Source: Candidatus Fermentibacterota bacterium (GTDB lineage: Bacteria > Fermentibacterota > Fermentibacteria > Fermentibacterales > Fermentibacteraceae). Taken from it: DNA of 64,000 nt. Below are positions 25,383 to 33,547 of the stretch, piece by piece. The notes below the pieces were generated by a model, which saw only the letters and a program-made list of their open reading frames with translations, had not been told where the DNA came from and did no database searches. The stretch spans positions 1,095,904 to 1,159,903 of the forward strand of contig OY970370.1 in NCBI GenBank assembly GCA_963718745.1, read 5' to 3'. Position numbers and translations under genes: made by a program. The first letter of the stretch is position 1. Every line of letters begins with the position of its first letter.

Positions 25383-25598
25383 TTGGTCTGGGAAGACGAC
25401 GAAGACTTCGAGGACGATCCAGGCCTCGATGAAGAGCCTGAAGATGACGACACCGACGACTCCGTAGAGGAGATCATCGCCGACGGCGCCGTATTCCCCC
25501 CTCCGGGCGAGGACTGGTCCTGGGAGGATGAGGAGGAGGAGGAGGACGACGATCTGGAGGATGACGCCGGCCTCGAGGAGGAGGACGAGGAGGACTAG
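25383..25598 (+). CDS. Hypothetical small, extremely acidic protein (71 aa, over 50% Asp/Glu)
   Basis: TTG-start ORF MVWEDDEDFEDDPGLDEEPEDDDTDD...EEEDEED with an AGGGGG 6 nt upstream. High third-position GC is consistent with real coding. It ends 8 bp before the stop of the convergent nuclease-fusion gene. It could still be a GC-rich artefact. Confidence 0.4.
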   Translation: MVWEDDEDFEDDPGLDEEPEDDDTDDSVEEIIADGAVFPPPGEDWSWEDEEEEEDDDLEDDAGLEEEDEED

Positions 25599-25605
25599 AC
25601 CCTCC

Positions 25606-27165
25606 TCATGACCCTGTCGGTTCGCGGGCGGGTCCTTCCGGTATCAGCAGACGGATCCCGCCCGCTTTTTCCATCCTGGAGAGCTCGCCTGCCAGGACAG
25701 AGAGCCTGCGGTACTCGACGGGCGATGCGACGGCATGCCCTGGAGATGGACAGGGTGCGGAGACCCCGCCTTCGTCCTCCCAGCGCGCTTCGACCATGCG
25801 GCCTCCGCAGAAGCGGAGCATCCGCACCCGGCCGTTCTCCGCGAAACCGACTACAGAGCACGAGAGAGCCGCCAGCCGGGACGCCCTCGCGACGGCGGCC
25901 GCGGCCGCCGCAAGCACCGACTGGAGCCTGAGGGCGACCGCCTCCGGGGGGGCTGGATCCTCCTCACCGTCCGTCGGGGGATGCTCCCCGGCCCATGCGA
26001 CCGCCTCGTCCAGCCGGCCGGATACGGGCACGCCGAGACCCAGCAGGAGAGCGACCCCTCCGCTCAGCACCTCCTGATCCGGTTCACCCAGCCAGTCGAG
26101 TTCCAGGAGCTTTCCTGCGCACGAACCCGAAGAGGCGAGCGCGGAAACCACTCTCAGGGCATCGGTGAGGATCCTCCCCGGGATCAGCGGACCCAGCGAC
26201 AGGATGTCAGAAGGGGATCCGCCGCAGGCCGAGAAGCCATCCGACAGCCAGCACAGCTGCGAAGGCAGCCGGGTCATCGCACGGTTGGCCATGGGCTTCT
26301 GCTCCAGGATCATCCCCGGTTCGAGCAGCGCCGCCTCCAGGCCCGTCTCGGTCTCCAGCCAGTCGACGTCCCAGATGGCACTGACCAGACCGTCCTTCGC
26401 CTTCCAGGCCCCGGGCGAGAAGTGCTGGCGGATCCTGTTCCTCAGAGATGTCGCCTTGCCGATGTAGAGAGGTCTGCCGGAGCAGTCCAGGAGGCGGTAG
26501 ACCCCCGGGCCGGCAGGCAGCGTGCGGAGTCTTGAACGATCGAATCTCATCGTGCACGGCGGTCTGCCGGTCCCGCCACCCTCCATGTCCACGAGTGCGC
26601 GCAGGATCAGCCGGGTAGCCTCGACCTGCTCGCCGACCCGCTTGTTCCTGGGGGGTGGAATCCCGAGATAGCCTGCGACAGCCCTCAGCCCGTATCCCGA
26701 AAGGCCGGGGAGCAGCTCCCTCGCCGCCTCGAAGGTGCACAGGAACGGGGGAGGGACGGCCTCCGGACCCAGCAGGCGAAGGACGAACCGCTTCTCGTAC
26801 AAGGCAGTATGGGCGGCGATGGCCGAGATCCCTCCGAGATCGGCCGCAAGCTCCCGTGCGACTTCCCCTACGGGTGTCCCGGCCGCGAGCTCCTCACGGG
26901 TGATCCCGGTGAGAGAGAGGGCGAGGTCCGAGACCGAACCCGGCTCGGGGTGAAGCAGGACGAAGCGCTTCAACTCTCCGGGAGGGGCGCATCCGCAGGG
27001 CGAGTCCGCGATCCAGCCTATCTCCAGCAGATCGCCGGAGACGGGAGATCCGTCCCACTGACAGTCGACGGCGAGGATGCGCGCACCCGGTCCGGGAAGG
27101 CTCCCCCGCAACTTCCCCTGGCCGTCGGGGGATGTGCCGGCAGCCGCTCTACGACCTCTCGACAT
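25606..27165 (-). CDS. DnaQ-like (DEDD) exonuclease-fold domain fused to a GIY-YIG nuclease domain (Cho/Rv2191-like)
   Basis: 519 aa. The N-terminal domain looks like DNA polymerase III epsilon, but its Exo I/II/III acidic residues appear substituted (LAVDCQWDG, AHTALYEKRF). The middle carries a GIY-YIG motif (GVYRLLDCSGRPLYIGKATSLRNRIRQHF). Its start overlaps the pmbA stop by 17 nt. Confidence 0.75.
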   Translation of the reverse strand: MSRGRRAAAGTSPDGQGKLRGSLPGPGARILAVDCQWDGSPVSGDLLEIGWIADSPCGCAPPGELKRFVLLHPEPGSVSDLALSLTGITREELAAGTPVGEVARELAADLGGISAIAAHTALYEKRFVLRLLGPEAVPPPFLCTFEAARELLPGLSGYGLRAVAGYLGIPPPRNKRVGEQVEATRLILRALVDMEGGGTGRPPCTMRFDRSRLRTLPAGPGVYRLLDCSGRPLYIGKATSLRNRIRQHFSPGAWKAKDGLVSAIWDVDWLETETGLEAALLEPGMILEQKPMANRAMTRLPSQLCWLSDGFSACGGSPSDILSLGPLIPGRILTDALRVVSALASSGSCAGKLLELDWLGEPDQEVLSGGVALLLGLGVPVSGRLDEAVAWAGEHPPTDGEEDPAPPEAVALRLQSVLAAAAAAVARASRLAALSCSVVGFAENGRVRMLRFCGGRMVEARWEDEGGVSAPCPSPGHAVASPVEYRRLSVLAGELSRMEKAGGIRLLIPEGPAREPTGS

Positions 27166-28390
27166 CCATCCTTACGACCAGCGTGGGTGCCTCGCAGAAG
27201 GCGGACAGGCTGTCCGAGGACCGCCCCACCCAGTCGCTTCCGAACATCCTGAATAGGTGCGAGGAGATACGGAGCTCCGGGAGCCTGCCGACGAACTTCC
27301 TGCCGTCGTGCAGCATGGCGAGCTGGACCGGCGAGGCGAACGCCCCCTCGGGCGTGAAGTCACCCCCCGCGGACAGCGCAACGAACACCCCCGGCTCTCC
27401 CCCGAGGAGGTCCTCCAGGGTGCGCCCGGAGGATTCCGCCTTCAGGCTCGTCACGGCGAGGGAGGGAATCGTATCGTAATCCCCGGCGGCGGAGCCTGTG
27501 TGAGGCAGGCCGAATCTCGCCGCCGTCCTGCGGTCGGTGGCTGCCGTTTTCAGGACGCCCCGGTCGATCAGCCGCAGCCTGTACCCCTCGTGGAATACTC
27601 CCTCCGCGTCGAAGAAGGGTTCGTCGTCCAGCGCCGGCACCCTGGACTGGTCGAGGGAGAATCCTTCGTCGAAGACCTTCTCTCCCACCCTTCCGGAGAG
27701 GAGCGACGCCCCGGTGCCGTACCTGTGGCCGGAGAGATCGTCCGAGAGCTTCGACAGGAGGAGCGAGGAGTCGGGGAAGATCACGGGGATGCAGCCCTCC
27801 GTGGGAAGCTCCACACGGTTGTGCCAGGCCTCCAGGAACTGGTCGAACTCCGACTCGATGCCGGCTGAATCCCACCTGTGGCAAGGCCCTGCGGCGACCC
27901 ACCCGTCCATTATGCCGGTCGAGCCCATCGCCCTGAAGACCAGTGTGGCGGAGGCCTCGGAGATGCGGGACGAGAGGTCGAGACCCGCGTCGTTCCTCAT
28001 GGAGACGAAGGTGTCCTCCACGGTGAAGTTCTCGGAGAAGACCAGGCCGGGCCATTTCGAGTGGAGAGACGCCATGAAGGAGTCGGCCACGGACGCGAGG
28101 GAGGCGTGGTCCATGCCCGAGAGACCTACTGTCTCGTGCCTGGAGGACGGTCCCGAGACCGGCCAGGGGTATTCTATCCCGCAGACGAGGGAGTCCATGG
28201 CTCTCAGCTCGAGCTCGGCCGGATCGAAGGCTCCTATGGCACCTGCCGCTCCTATCCGGGAACCGTCGTAGATCCGAAGGCCCGTCTTCTCGACGCTGGA
28301 CCGGCGGACCGACTTCACCTCCGATTCGGCGATCCTGGCTGTCGTCTTCCTGCTGCCTCTGACGAGGTATTCGCGCATCATGCCTGCCAT
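27149..28390 (-). CDS. pmbA: Metalloprotease PmbA/TldE
   Basis: 413-aa member of the TldD/PmbA family with no HExxxH motif. The C-terminal GGDFTPEGAFASPVQLAMLHDGRKFVGRLPELRISSHLFRMF block is typical. Its start is 1 nt after the tldD stop. Confidence 0.85.
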   Translation of the reverse strand: MAGMMREYLVRGSRKTTARIAESEVKSVRRSSVEKTGLRIYDGSRIGAAGAIGAFDPAELELRAMDSLVCGIEYPWPVSGPSSRHETVGLSGMDHASLASVADSFMASLHSKWPGLVFSENFTVEDTFVSMRNDAGLDLSSRISEASATLVFRAMGSTGIMDGWVAAGPCHRWDSAGIESEFDQFLEAWHNRVELPTEGCIPVIFPDSSLLLSKLSDDLSGHRYGTGASLLSGRVGEKVFDEGFSLDQSRVPALDDEPFFDAEGVFHEGYRLRLIDRGVLKTAATDRRTAARFGLPHTGSAAGDYDTIPSLAVTSLKAESSGRTLEDLLGGEPGVFVALSAGGDFTPEGAFASPVQLAMLHDGRKFVGRLPELRISSHLFRMFGSDWVGRSSDSLSAFCEAPTLVVRMDVERS

Positions 28391-28391
28391 C

Positions 28392-29729
28392 TCACCTCAC
28401 CTCCATCGCGCTGACACGGACGAAGGGTCCGCCGAAACCCACCGGGAGCGGGAACTGTTCCATTTTCCCGCAGCCGCCCGTGCCCACGCCGGTCAGGTCG
28501 AGTCTGTCGGAGAGGCCGTCTATGAGCCCCAGGGTCTCCATGACGTTCCCGGTGATGACGGAGACTCCGACGGGCTCCGCCAGCCTCCCGCCGCGGATCC
28601 TCCAGCTCATCGACGGAGCCAGCGTGAAGGTCGAGAGTCCCGAGCCGTGGTTGACCGTGTCCACGAACAGGCCGTCGTCCACACCCGCGACGAGGTCCTC
28701 GAAGGTATCCGCTCCCGGCAGGATGAACGTCGTCGTCATCCTGGGGATCGGCTCGAACTCGAACGAGATGCTGCGGGCGTTTCCGGTGGGCTTCTCCCCG
28801 AGGGCGGCAGCGGTGGAGGCGCTGTGGAGCCTGCCGGACAGGCGCCCCTCCCGGACGAGCCAGGTCCTCCGGGACTCGGTCCCCTCGTCGTCGAAGGCGT
28901 TGTACCCGGCGCCGGGAACGGTCCCGTCGTCCACTATCGAGAGGATGTCGGAACCCACCCCGCGCCCCATCGCCCATTCCCGGAGCATGGACTCGTCCCC
29001 GAGCATGAAGTCGGCCTCGCTCTTGTGGCCGAAGCTCTCGTGCGCGAAGATCCCCGCCGCCAGGGGGGAGAGGATGACCGGCATCCTCCCTCCGTCGACG
29101 GGCTTCGAGTTCCTCACGAAATCGGAAGCGGTATCCAGGCGCTGCCGCAGGAGAGGGACGAGATCACCGAGATCTCCGAACCTCTGCGAGCTCACGTGCC
29201 TTGACTCCCTGAGGCGCGAATCCCCGTGCGACATCTCGAAGATCGCCGCGATCGTGACCATCTGCCGGTCGAACTCCAGGTCCGCGCCGAGGCTGGACTG
29301 GAATGTCTTCTTCTTGTGGCTGTCGATGTAGTAGCAGCGCCTGTCGGCGAGATCGCCCCTGCCCTCCATCGGTTCGGCGGACGCGCGAAGCTTCTCGAGC
29401 TTGTCCCGGGTCGGAACCGCGGCGACGTGGCTCGAGTCGAACAGGAGCCTCCTCCCCGTGTTCCTCTCCATGCAGCGAACCAGAGGGTCGTCCTGGATGC
29501 TTTCCGAAGGCGAGGCCATCCCCGCCAGGGAGTCGAGCTCCGACTGGATCGAATCCGTCGAGGATGTGGAGGCGAAGTACCATCGCCGACCATCCCAGAC
29601 CCTTATGAAAGCCGCCCTGTAGTGCCTCGAGACGAACTGCTCCAGCCTGCCGAGCACCAGCCCTGCAGTCGTGCCCCAGACCTCCTCGATCCGTACGTCT
29701 GAATAGAGCCCTTCGGGAAACCTCGTCAT
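28392..29729 (-). CDS. tldD: Metalloprotease TldD
   Basis: 445-aa TldD with the HESFGH zinc motif. ATG at 29729 has a strong AAGGAG 10 nt upstream. The 797-aa track ORF (to 30785) is an antisense read-through artefact across the TSUP gene. Confidence 0.88.
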   Translation of the reverse strand: MTRFPEGLYSDVRIEEVWGTTAGLVLGRLEQFVSRHYRAAFIRVWDGRRWYFASTSSTDSIQSELDSLAGMASPSESIQDDPLVRCMERNTGRRLLFDSSHVAAVPTRDKLEKLRASAEPMEGRGDLADRRCYYIDSHKKKTFQSSLGADLEFDRQMVTIAAIFEMSHGDSRLRESRHVSSQRFGDLGDLVPLLRQRLDTASDFVRNSKPVDGGRMPVILSPLAAGIFAHESFGHKSEADFMLGDESMLREWAMGRGVGSDILSIVDDGTVPGAGYNAFDDEGTESRRTWLVREGRLSGRLHSASTAAALGEKPTGNARSISFEFEPIPRMTTTFILPGADTFEDLVAGVDDGLFVDTVNHGSGLSTFTLAPSMSWRIRGGRLAEPVGVSVITGNVMETLGLIDGLSDRLDLTGVGTGGCGKMEQFPLPVGFGGPFVRVSAMEVR

Positions 29730-29866
29730 GCGATCCGGATCTCCTTCCTGGTCTTTCGGCCGGAACGGCGGCACACCGGTTCCATCCCTGGCCATGCATA
29801 TACTCCGGGAGGTATCCTGCATGCAATCCCGCATCGGCGCGGGAATGCCCCGGGAAAGCACGGACG

Positions 29867-29874
29867 AGGGGGGG
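29867..29874. repeat. Homopolymeric G tract (about 8 G) at the 5' end of the TSUP gene
   Basis: GAGGGGGGGGAG lies between an upstream ATG (about 29844) and the in-frame TM1-coding segment that precedes the track start at 29985. Confidence 0.5.
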
Positions 29875-29984
29875 GAGCCGTTCAGTCTGAATACATCGTA
29901 ACAGCAGCGGCCCTGCTGCTGGGCTCCTTCGTCCAGGGTGCCTCGGGCTTCGCCTTCTCGCTGATCTCGCTGCCCCTGCTGACG

Positions 29985-30608
29985 ATGGTCATGCCACAGG
30001 AGTCGGCCGTCCCCATGCTGGCCCTGCTCGGCCTCCCTATCAACGCCGTCGTCCTGTTCTCGTCCAGGGGCCACGCGGATCCGAAGCGCTTCCTCCCTCT
30101 GCTCGTCGCAGGGGTGGCGGGCACCCTCCCGGGGATCCTGATGTTGCAGGCGCTCCCGGAAGGTCCGCTGCGGCTGATCGCGGGCGTGACGGTCACGATC
30201 ACCGCGGCAGTCTACATCGCAGGGGGGAGGGTGAGGCTCCGCAACGAGAGGGCCGCGATGATACCGGTCGGGCTCGTGAGCGGCATCCTGAACGGACTGA
30301 TGACGTTCAGCGGGCCGCCCGTGATAGTCTTCCTCGCCAACCAGGAAGCGGAGAAGGAGGAGTTCAGGGCCGGCCTGTCGCTCTACTTCCTGGGGCTCAA
30401 CCTGCTCTCGATCCCCATGCTCGCCATGCGGGGCATGCTGGGGGACGGCCTGCTGACAGCCACCGCACATCTCCTCCCGGCCGCCGCCCTGGGCTCGGTG
30501 CTCGGTGCAGCCGTCTCCAAACGGATCCCGCAGCGGGCATTCCGGAGGACGGTTCTCGTCCTGCTGGCAGTCCTCGGCCTTTCGGTCTCGGTCTCCGCCC
30601 TCGCCTGA
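29985..30608 (+). CDS. TSUP (TauE/SafE, DUF81) family membrane transporter; start probably further upstream
   Basis: 207 aa as listed in the track. The same frame stays open upstream and encodes the expected TM1 (QSEYIVTAAALLLGSFVQGASGFAFSLISLPLLT) with no ATG/GTG/TTG. An ATG near 29844 appears separated from it by the G tract. Confidence 0.75.
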   Translation: MVMPQESAVPMLALLGLPINAVVLFSSRGHADPKRFLPLLVAGVAGTLPGILMLQALPEGPLRLIAGVTVTITAAVYIAGGRVRLRNERAAMIPVGLVSGILNGLMTFSGPPVIVFLANQEAEKEEFRAGLSLYFLGLNLLSIPMLAMRGMLGDGLLTATAHLLPAAALGSVLGAAVSKRIPQRAFRRTVLVLLAVLGLSVSVSALA

Positions 30609-30729
30609 AAAGCGTCCGTCTCCCGGCGGGGGCCGGTCAGGACGGCCTCCTTTGCCAGGAGTCGGCACGTTCTTATGTTCCGTGGTCCTGAATTGGCCAG
30701 CCCGATCCGGTCCGCATTGGAGGACGAGC

Positions 30730-32364
30730 ATGACTGAGCCGAAGTACTCGATAAGCCCGGATGGCGAGAAGTTCCCCCTCCCCACAAGGGAGGACTATGC
30801 CGCCGAGATGGAGCGGCTCTCCAGGCTCGCCGAAGAGAACAGGGCCGCCGGCCGGGAGATCGTCTCGGTCGTCGGGCTGGGCTTCGTAGGAGCCGTGATG
30901 GCTGCCGTCGTGGCCGACTCCACCAGGCCGGACGGGACTCCGGGCAAATTCGTGATCGGCATGCAGCGGCCGAGCACCCGGAGCTACTGGAAGACGCCGA
31001 TGATGAACCGGGGCGTCTCCCCCGTGACCGCGGAGGACCCCGAAGTTGCGCCCATGATCGCCAGATGCGTGCTGGAGAAGAAGACCCTCGTCGCGACCTA
31101 CACCGAGGAGGCCCTCTCCCTCGTCGACACCGTGGTGGTCGACGTACAGTGCGACTACCTCAAGGAGAGACTCGGGAACTGCAGGGAGGGTGCGGCCGAC
31201 ATGGCGGCCCTCGAGGAGTCGCTCGGAGTGATCGCGCAGCACATCCGGCCCGGCACCCTGGTCCTCATCGAAACCACGGTCCCTCCCGGGACCACGGAGC
31301 AGATCGCCTACCCGATCATGAAGAAGGTGTTCGAGAGAAGGGGCATCACGACCGACCCCCTGCTCGCCCACAGCTATGAAAGAGTCATGCCGGGGCGGAA
31401 CTATGTCGCATCCATCAGGGACTTCTGGAGGGTGTGCAGCGGGATCAACGCCGAGGCCAGGGAGCGGGTCGTGAAGTTCCTGAGCGAGGTCCTCAACACG
31501 AAGGACTTCCCCCTGACCGTGCTCGACCGGCCCATCGAATCGGAGACCGCCAAGATAGTCGAGAACAGCTACAGGGCGACGATCCTCGCATTCCTGGACG
31601 AGTGGTCGGTCTTCGCGGAGCGCAACGGCGTGGACCTGAAGAAGGTCGTGGACGCCATAAGGGTCCGTCCCACCCACTCGAACATGATCTTCCCGGGCCC
31701 GGGCATCGGGGGTTACTGCCTGCCCAAGGACGGCGGACTGGGTGTATGGGCGTACAGGCACATCCTCGGCTTCGACGACGACATCTTCCGGATCACTCCG
31801 GCGGCGGTGGACATAAACGACACGAGGGCTCTGCGCGTGCCGCAGATGGTCCGCGACGCCCTCCGCAACATGAACAGGCCGATAGCCTCCGCCGACATAC
31901 TGGTGCTGGGCGCCTCCTACCGCGAGGATGTGGGGGATTCACGCTACAGCGGTTCCGAGCTGGTGATCCGCAAGCTCACAGAGATGGGCGCCGACGTGAA
32001 GGTCCACGATCCCTACCTGGAGCACTGGTGGGAGTTCGAGGCGCAGGAGACCTATCCGAAGCCCGGCTACTCCTGGTCGCGCTTCTTCCACAGGCAGGCC
32101 CCCCTCGCCAACCTGCGCATGGAGCCCGATCTCGATGCGGCAATGAAGGGGTCTGACGCGATCATCCTGGCGGTCAGGCACGAAGAGTACCTGAAGCTCG
32201 ACCCGGACAGGGTCTTCGCCTCTGTCGGAGGTCCCTTCGCCCTGATCGACTGCTTCTGCATCCTCGACGACGTGAAGATCCGCAGGTACCTGGAACTCGG
32301 CTGCGAGGTCAAGGGGCTCGGACGCGGCCACGTCAAGAGGATCAAGGAGAGCCTCAAGGCCTAG
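30730..32364 (+). CDS. Nucleotide-sugar dehydrogenase (UDP-glucose/GDP-mannose/UDP-ManNAc dehydrogenase family)
   Basis: 544 aa from ATG 30730 (MTEPKYSIS...) with a GGAGG upstream. N-terminal Rossmann fold VVGLGFVGAVMAAV, and a catalytic Cys region (GPGIGGYCLPKD). The 619-aa track ORF includes a spurious N-terminal extension. Confidence 0.85.
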   Translation: MTEPKYSISPDGEKFPLPTREDYAAEMERLSRLAEENRAAGREIVSVVGLGFVGAVMAAVVADSTRPDGTPGKFVIGMQRPSTRSYWKTPMMNRGVSPVTAEDPEVAPMIARCVLEKKTLVATYTEEALSLVDTVVVDVQCDYLKERLGNCREGAADMAALEESLGVIAQHIRPGTLVLIETTVPPGTTEQIAYPIMKKVFERRGITTDPLLAHSYERVMPGRNYVASIRDFWRVCSGINAEARERVVKFLSEVLNTKDFPLTVLDRPIESETAKIVENSYRATILAFLDEWSVFAERNGVDLKKVVDAIRVRPTHSNMIFPGPGIGGYCLPKDGGLGVWAYRHILGFDDDIFRITPAAVDINDTRALRVPQMVRDALRNMNRPIASADILVLGASYREDVGDSRYSGSELVIRKLTEMGADVKVHDPYLEHWWEFEAQETYPKPGYSWSRFFHRQAPLANLRMEPDLDAAMKGSDAIILAVRHEEYLKLDPDRVFASVGGPFALIDCFCILDDVKIRRYLELGCEVKGLGRGHVKRIKESLKA

Positions 32365-32385
32365 AAGGGCTTCCACGGCATCACG

Positions 32386-32404
32386 GGGGGCGCTCTGCGC
32401 CCCC
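32386..32404. terminator. GC-rich hairpin between convergent genes (candidate bidirectional terminator)
   Basis: GGGGGCGC-TCT-GCGCCCCC (8-bp stem, 3-nt loop) located 22 nt after the dehydrogenase stop and about 40 nt after the DUF362 stop on the other strand. There is no U-tract. Confidence 0.35.
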
Positions 32405-32446
32405 TCTCCGCAGCTCCCCGCCCGCGGACAGGAGTCGGATCGGGTC

Positions 32447-33544
32447 CTATCGCTTCCTGAGCGGGTTCCTTATCTCGATAGCATTCTCAGGACACAGTTC
32501 GTGGCAGCACAGGCAGACGATGCACTTCCGGCGGTCCATCCTGGCCCGGCCGTCTTCGATCCGGATGGCGTCGACGGGGCAGCTCCTCGCGCAGAAGCCG
32601 CATCCCGTACACCTCCCGTTGGAGGCGGGCACGGTTTTCATGATGGACCTGACGAGCGCTCCGGCATGGCGGGGCACGAGATCGTAGAACCACGTGGCGG
32701 GTATGTCGAAATCCGGGAAAGAGACAGCCCCGTCCACCGAGATCCGGTCGAAGGGCTTCCCCAGACCCCTCCTCCGGGCTTCCCGCGTGATGTGCAGCTC
32801 CTCGGGATCGAGGCCGACTGCGGCGGACATCACCATGTCGAGCAGAACACCGTCCCTCGCCACGCCGAGGACTCCGTCACGCCTGGGATGGCCGTCCGTG
32901 CTCGGCCCCCGGCCGTCCATCGCCAGTATCGCATCCATCACGACCAGGTCGAAGGGCACCAGGGTATGGATGTTCACGATATGAACGGCGAGATCGCGCG
33001 GCCTCACGGCGTAGCTGTGGATCAGAGCCTTCCCGATGCCGGGCACGGCGCCGAAGCAGTTCTTGACGGCGTTGGTCAACCGGCAGTACATGTGGGTCTT
33101 GAACTTGCACATGTTGACCACGGCGTCGAAGTCGAGCACCGGCCTCGCTATGTGGTATTCCCGGCCGCCCGCCTCGAGCACGGCGCTCCCGGCGCGCTCG
33201 AAGGAGACGAGTTCGACGCCGGGGTCTTCGACCAGCCTGTCGAATCCACAGTTCCTCCAGTATCGCTCGATGCCTCCGACCGCACCTCCCGGGCTGTCCC
33301 CGACCGCCACGGAACACCCCCGGGACCGGAGGAGGACCGCCATGGCCGCGACGACCTCGGGATGGGTCGTTATCGCCCGCTCCGGAGCCTTGGCCGACAG
33401 CATGTTCACCTTCAGCAGGACTTTGGCACCCGGGCTGATCCTCGCCGGCCATCCGCCCGATGCGGCGATCATCTCCTCCAGCGCGGCGACCAGCGACTCC
33501 CTGTCGTATTCCATGCCCTGCCGGAGCACCACGTCAGCCATCAT
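32447..33544 (-). CDS. DUF362 domain protein with a C-terminal 2x[4Fe-4S] ferredoxin domain
   Basis: 365 aa. Two CxxCxxCxxxCP motifs at the C-terminus (CTGCGFCARSCPVDAI and CIVCLCCHELCPENAI). Confidence 0.8.
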   Translation of the reverse strand: MMADVVLRQGMEYDRESLVAALEEMIAASGGWPARISPGAKVLLKVNMLSAKAPERAITTHPEVVAAMAVLLRSRGCSVAVGDSPGGAVGGIERYWRNCGFDRLVEDPGVELVSFERAGSAVLEAGGREYHIARPVLDFDAVVNMCKFKTHMYCRLTNAVKNCFGAVPGIGKALIHSYAVRPRDLAVHIVNIHTLVPFDLVVMDAILAMDGRGPSTDGHPRRDGVLGVARDGVLLDMVMSAAVGLDPEELHITREARRRGLGKPFDRISVDGAVSFPDFDIPATWFYDLVPRHAGALVRSIMKTVPASNGRCTGCGFCARSCPVDAIRIEDGRARMDRRKCIVCLCCHELCPENAIEIRNPLRKR

Positions 33545-33547
33545 ATG

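Noticed and set aside
28392-30785. 797-aa minus-strand ORF suggesting a much longer TldD.
   Set aside because: Only the C-terminal 445 aa are TldD-like. An ATG at 29729 with a strong AAGGAG 10 nt upstream fits the normal TldD length. The upstream 350 aa are antisense to the TSUP transporter gene and are low-complexity.
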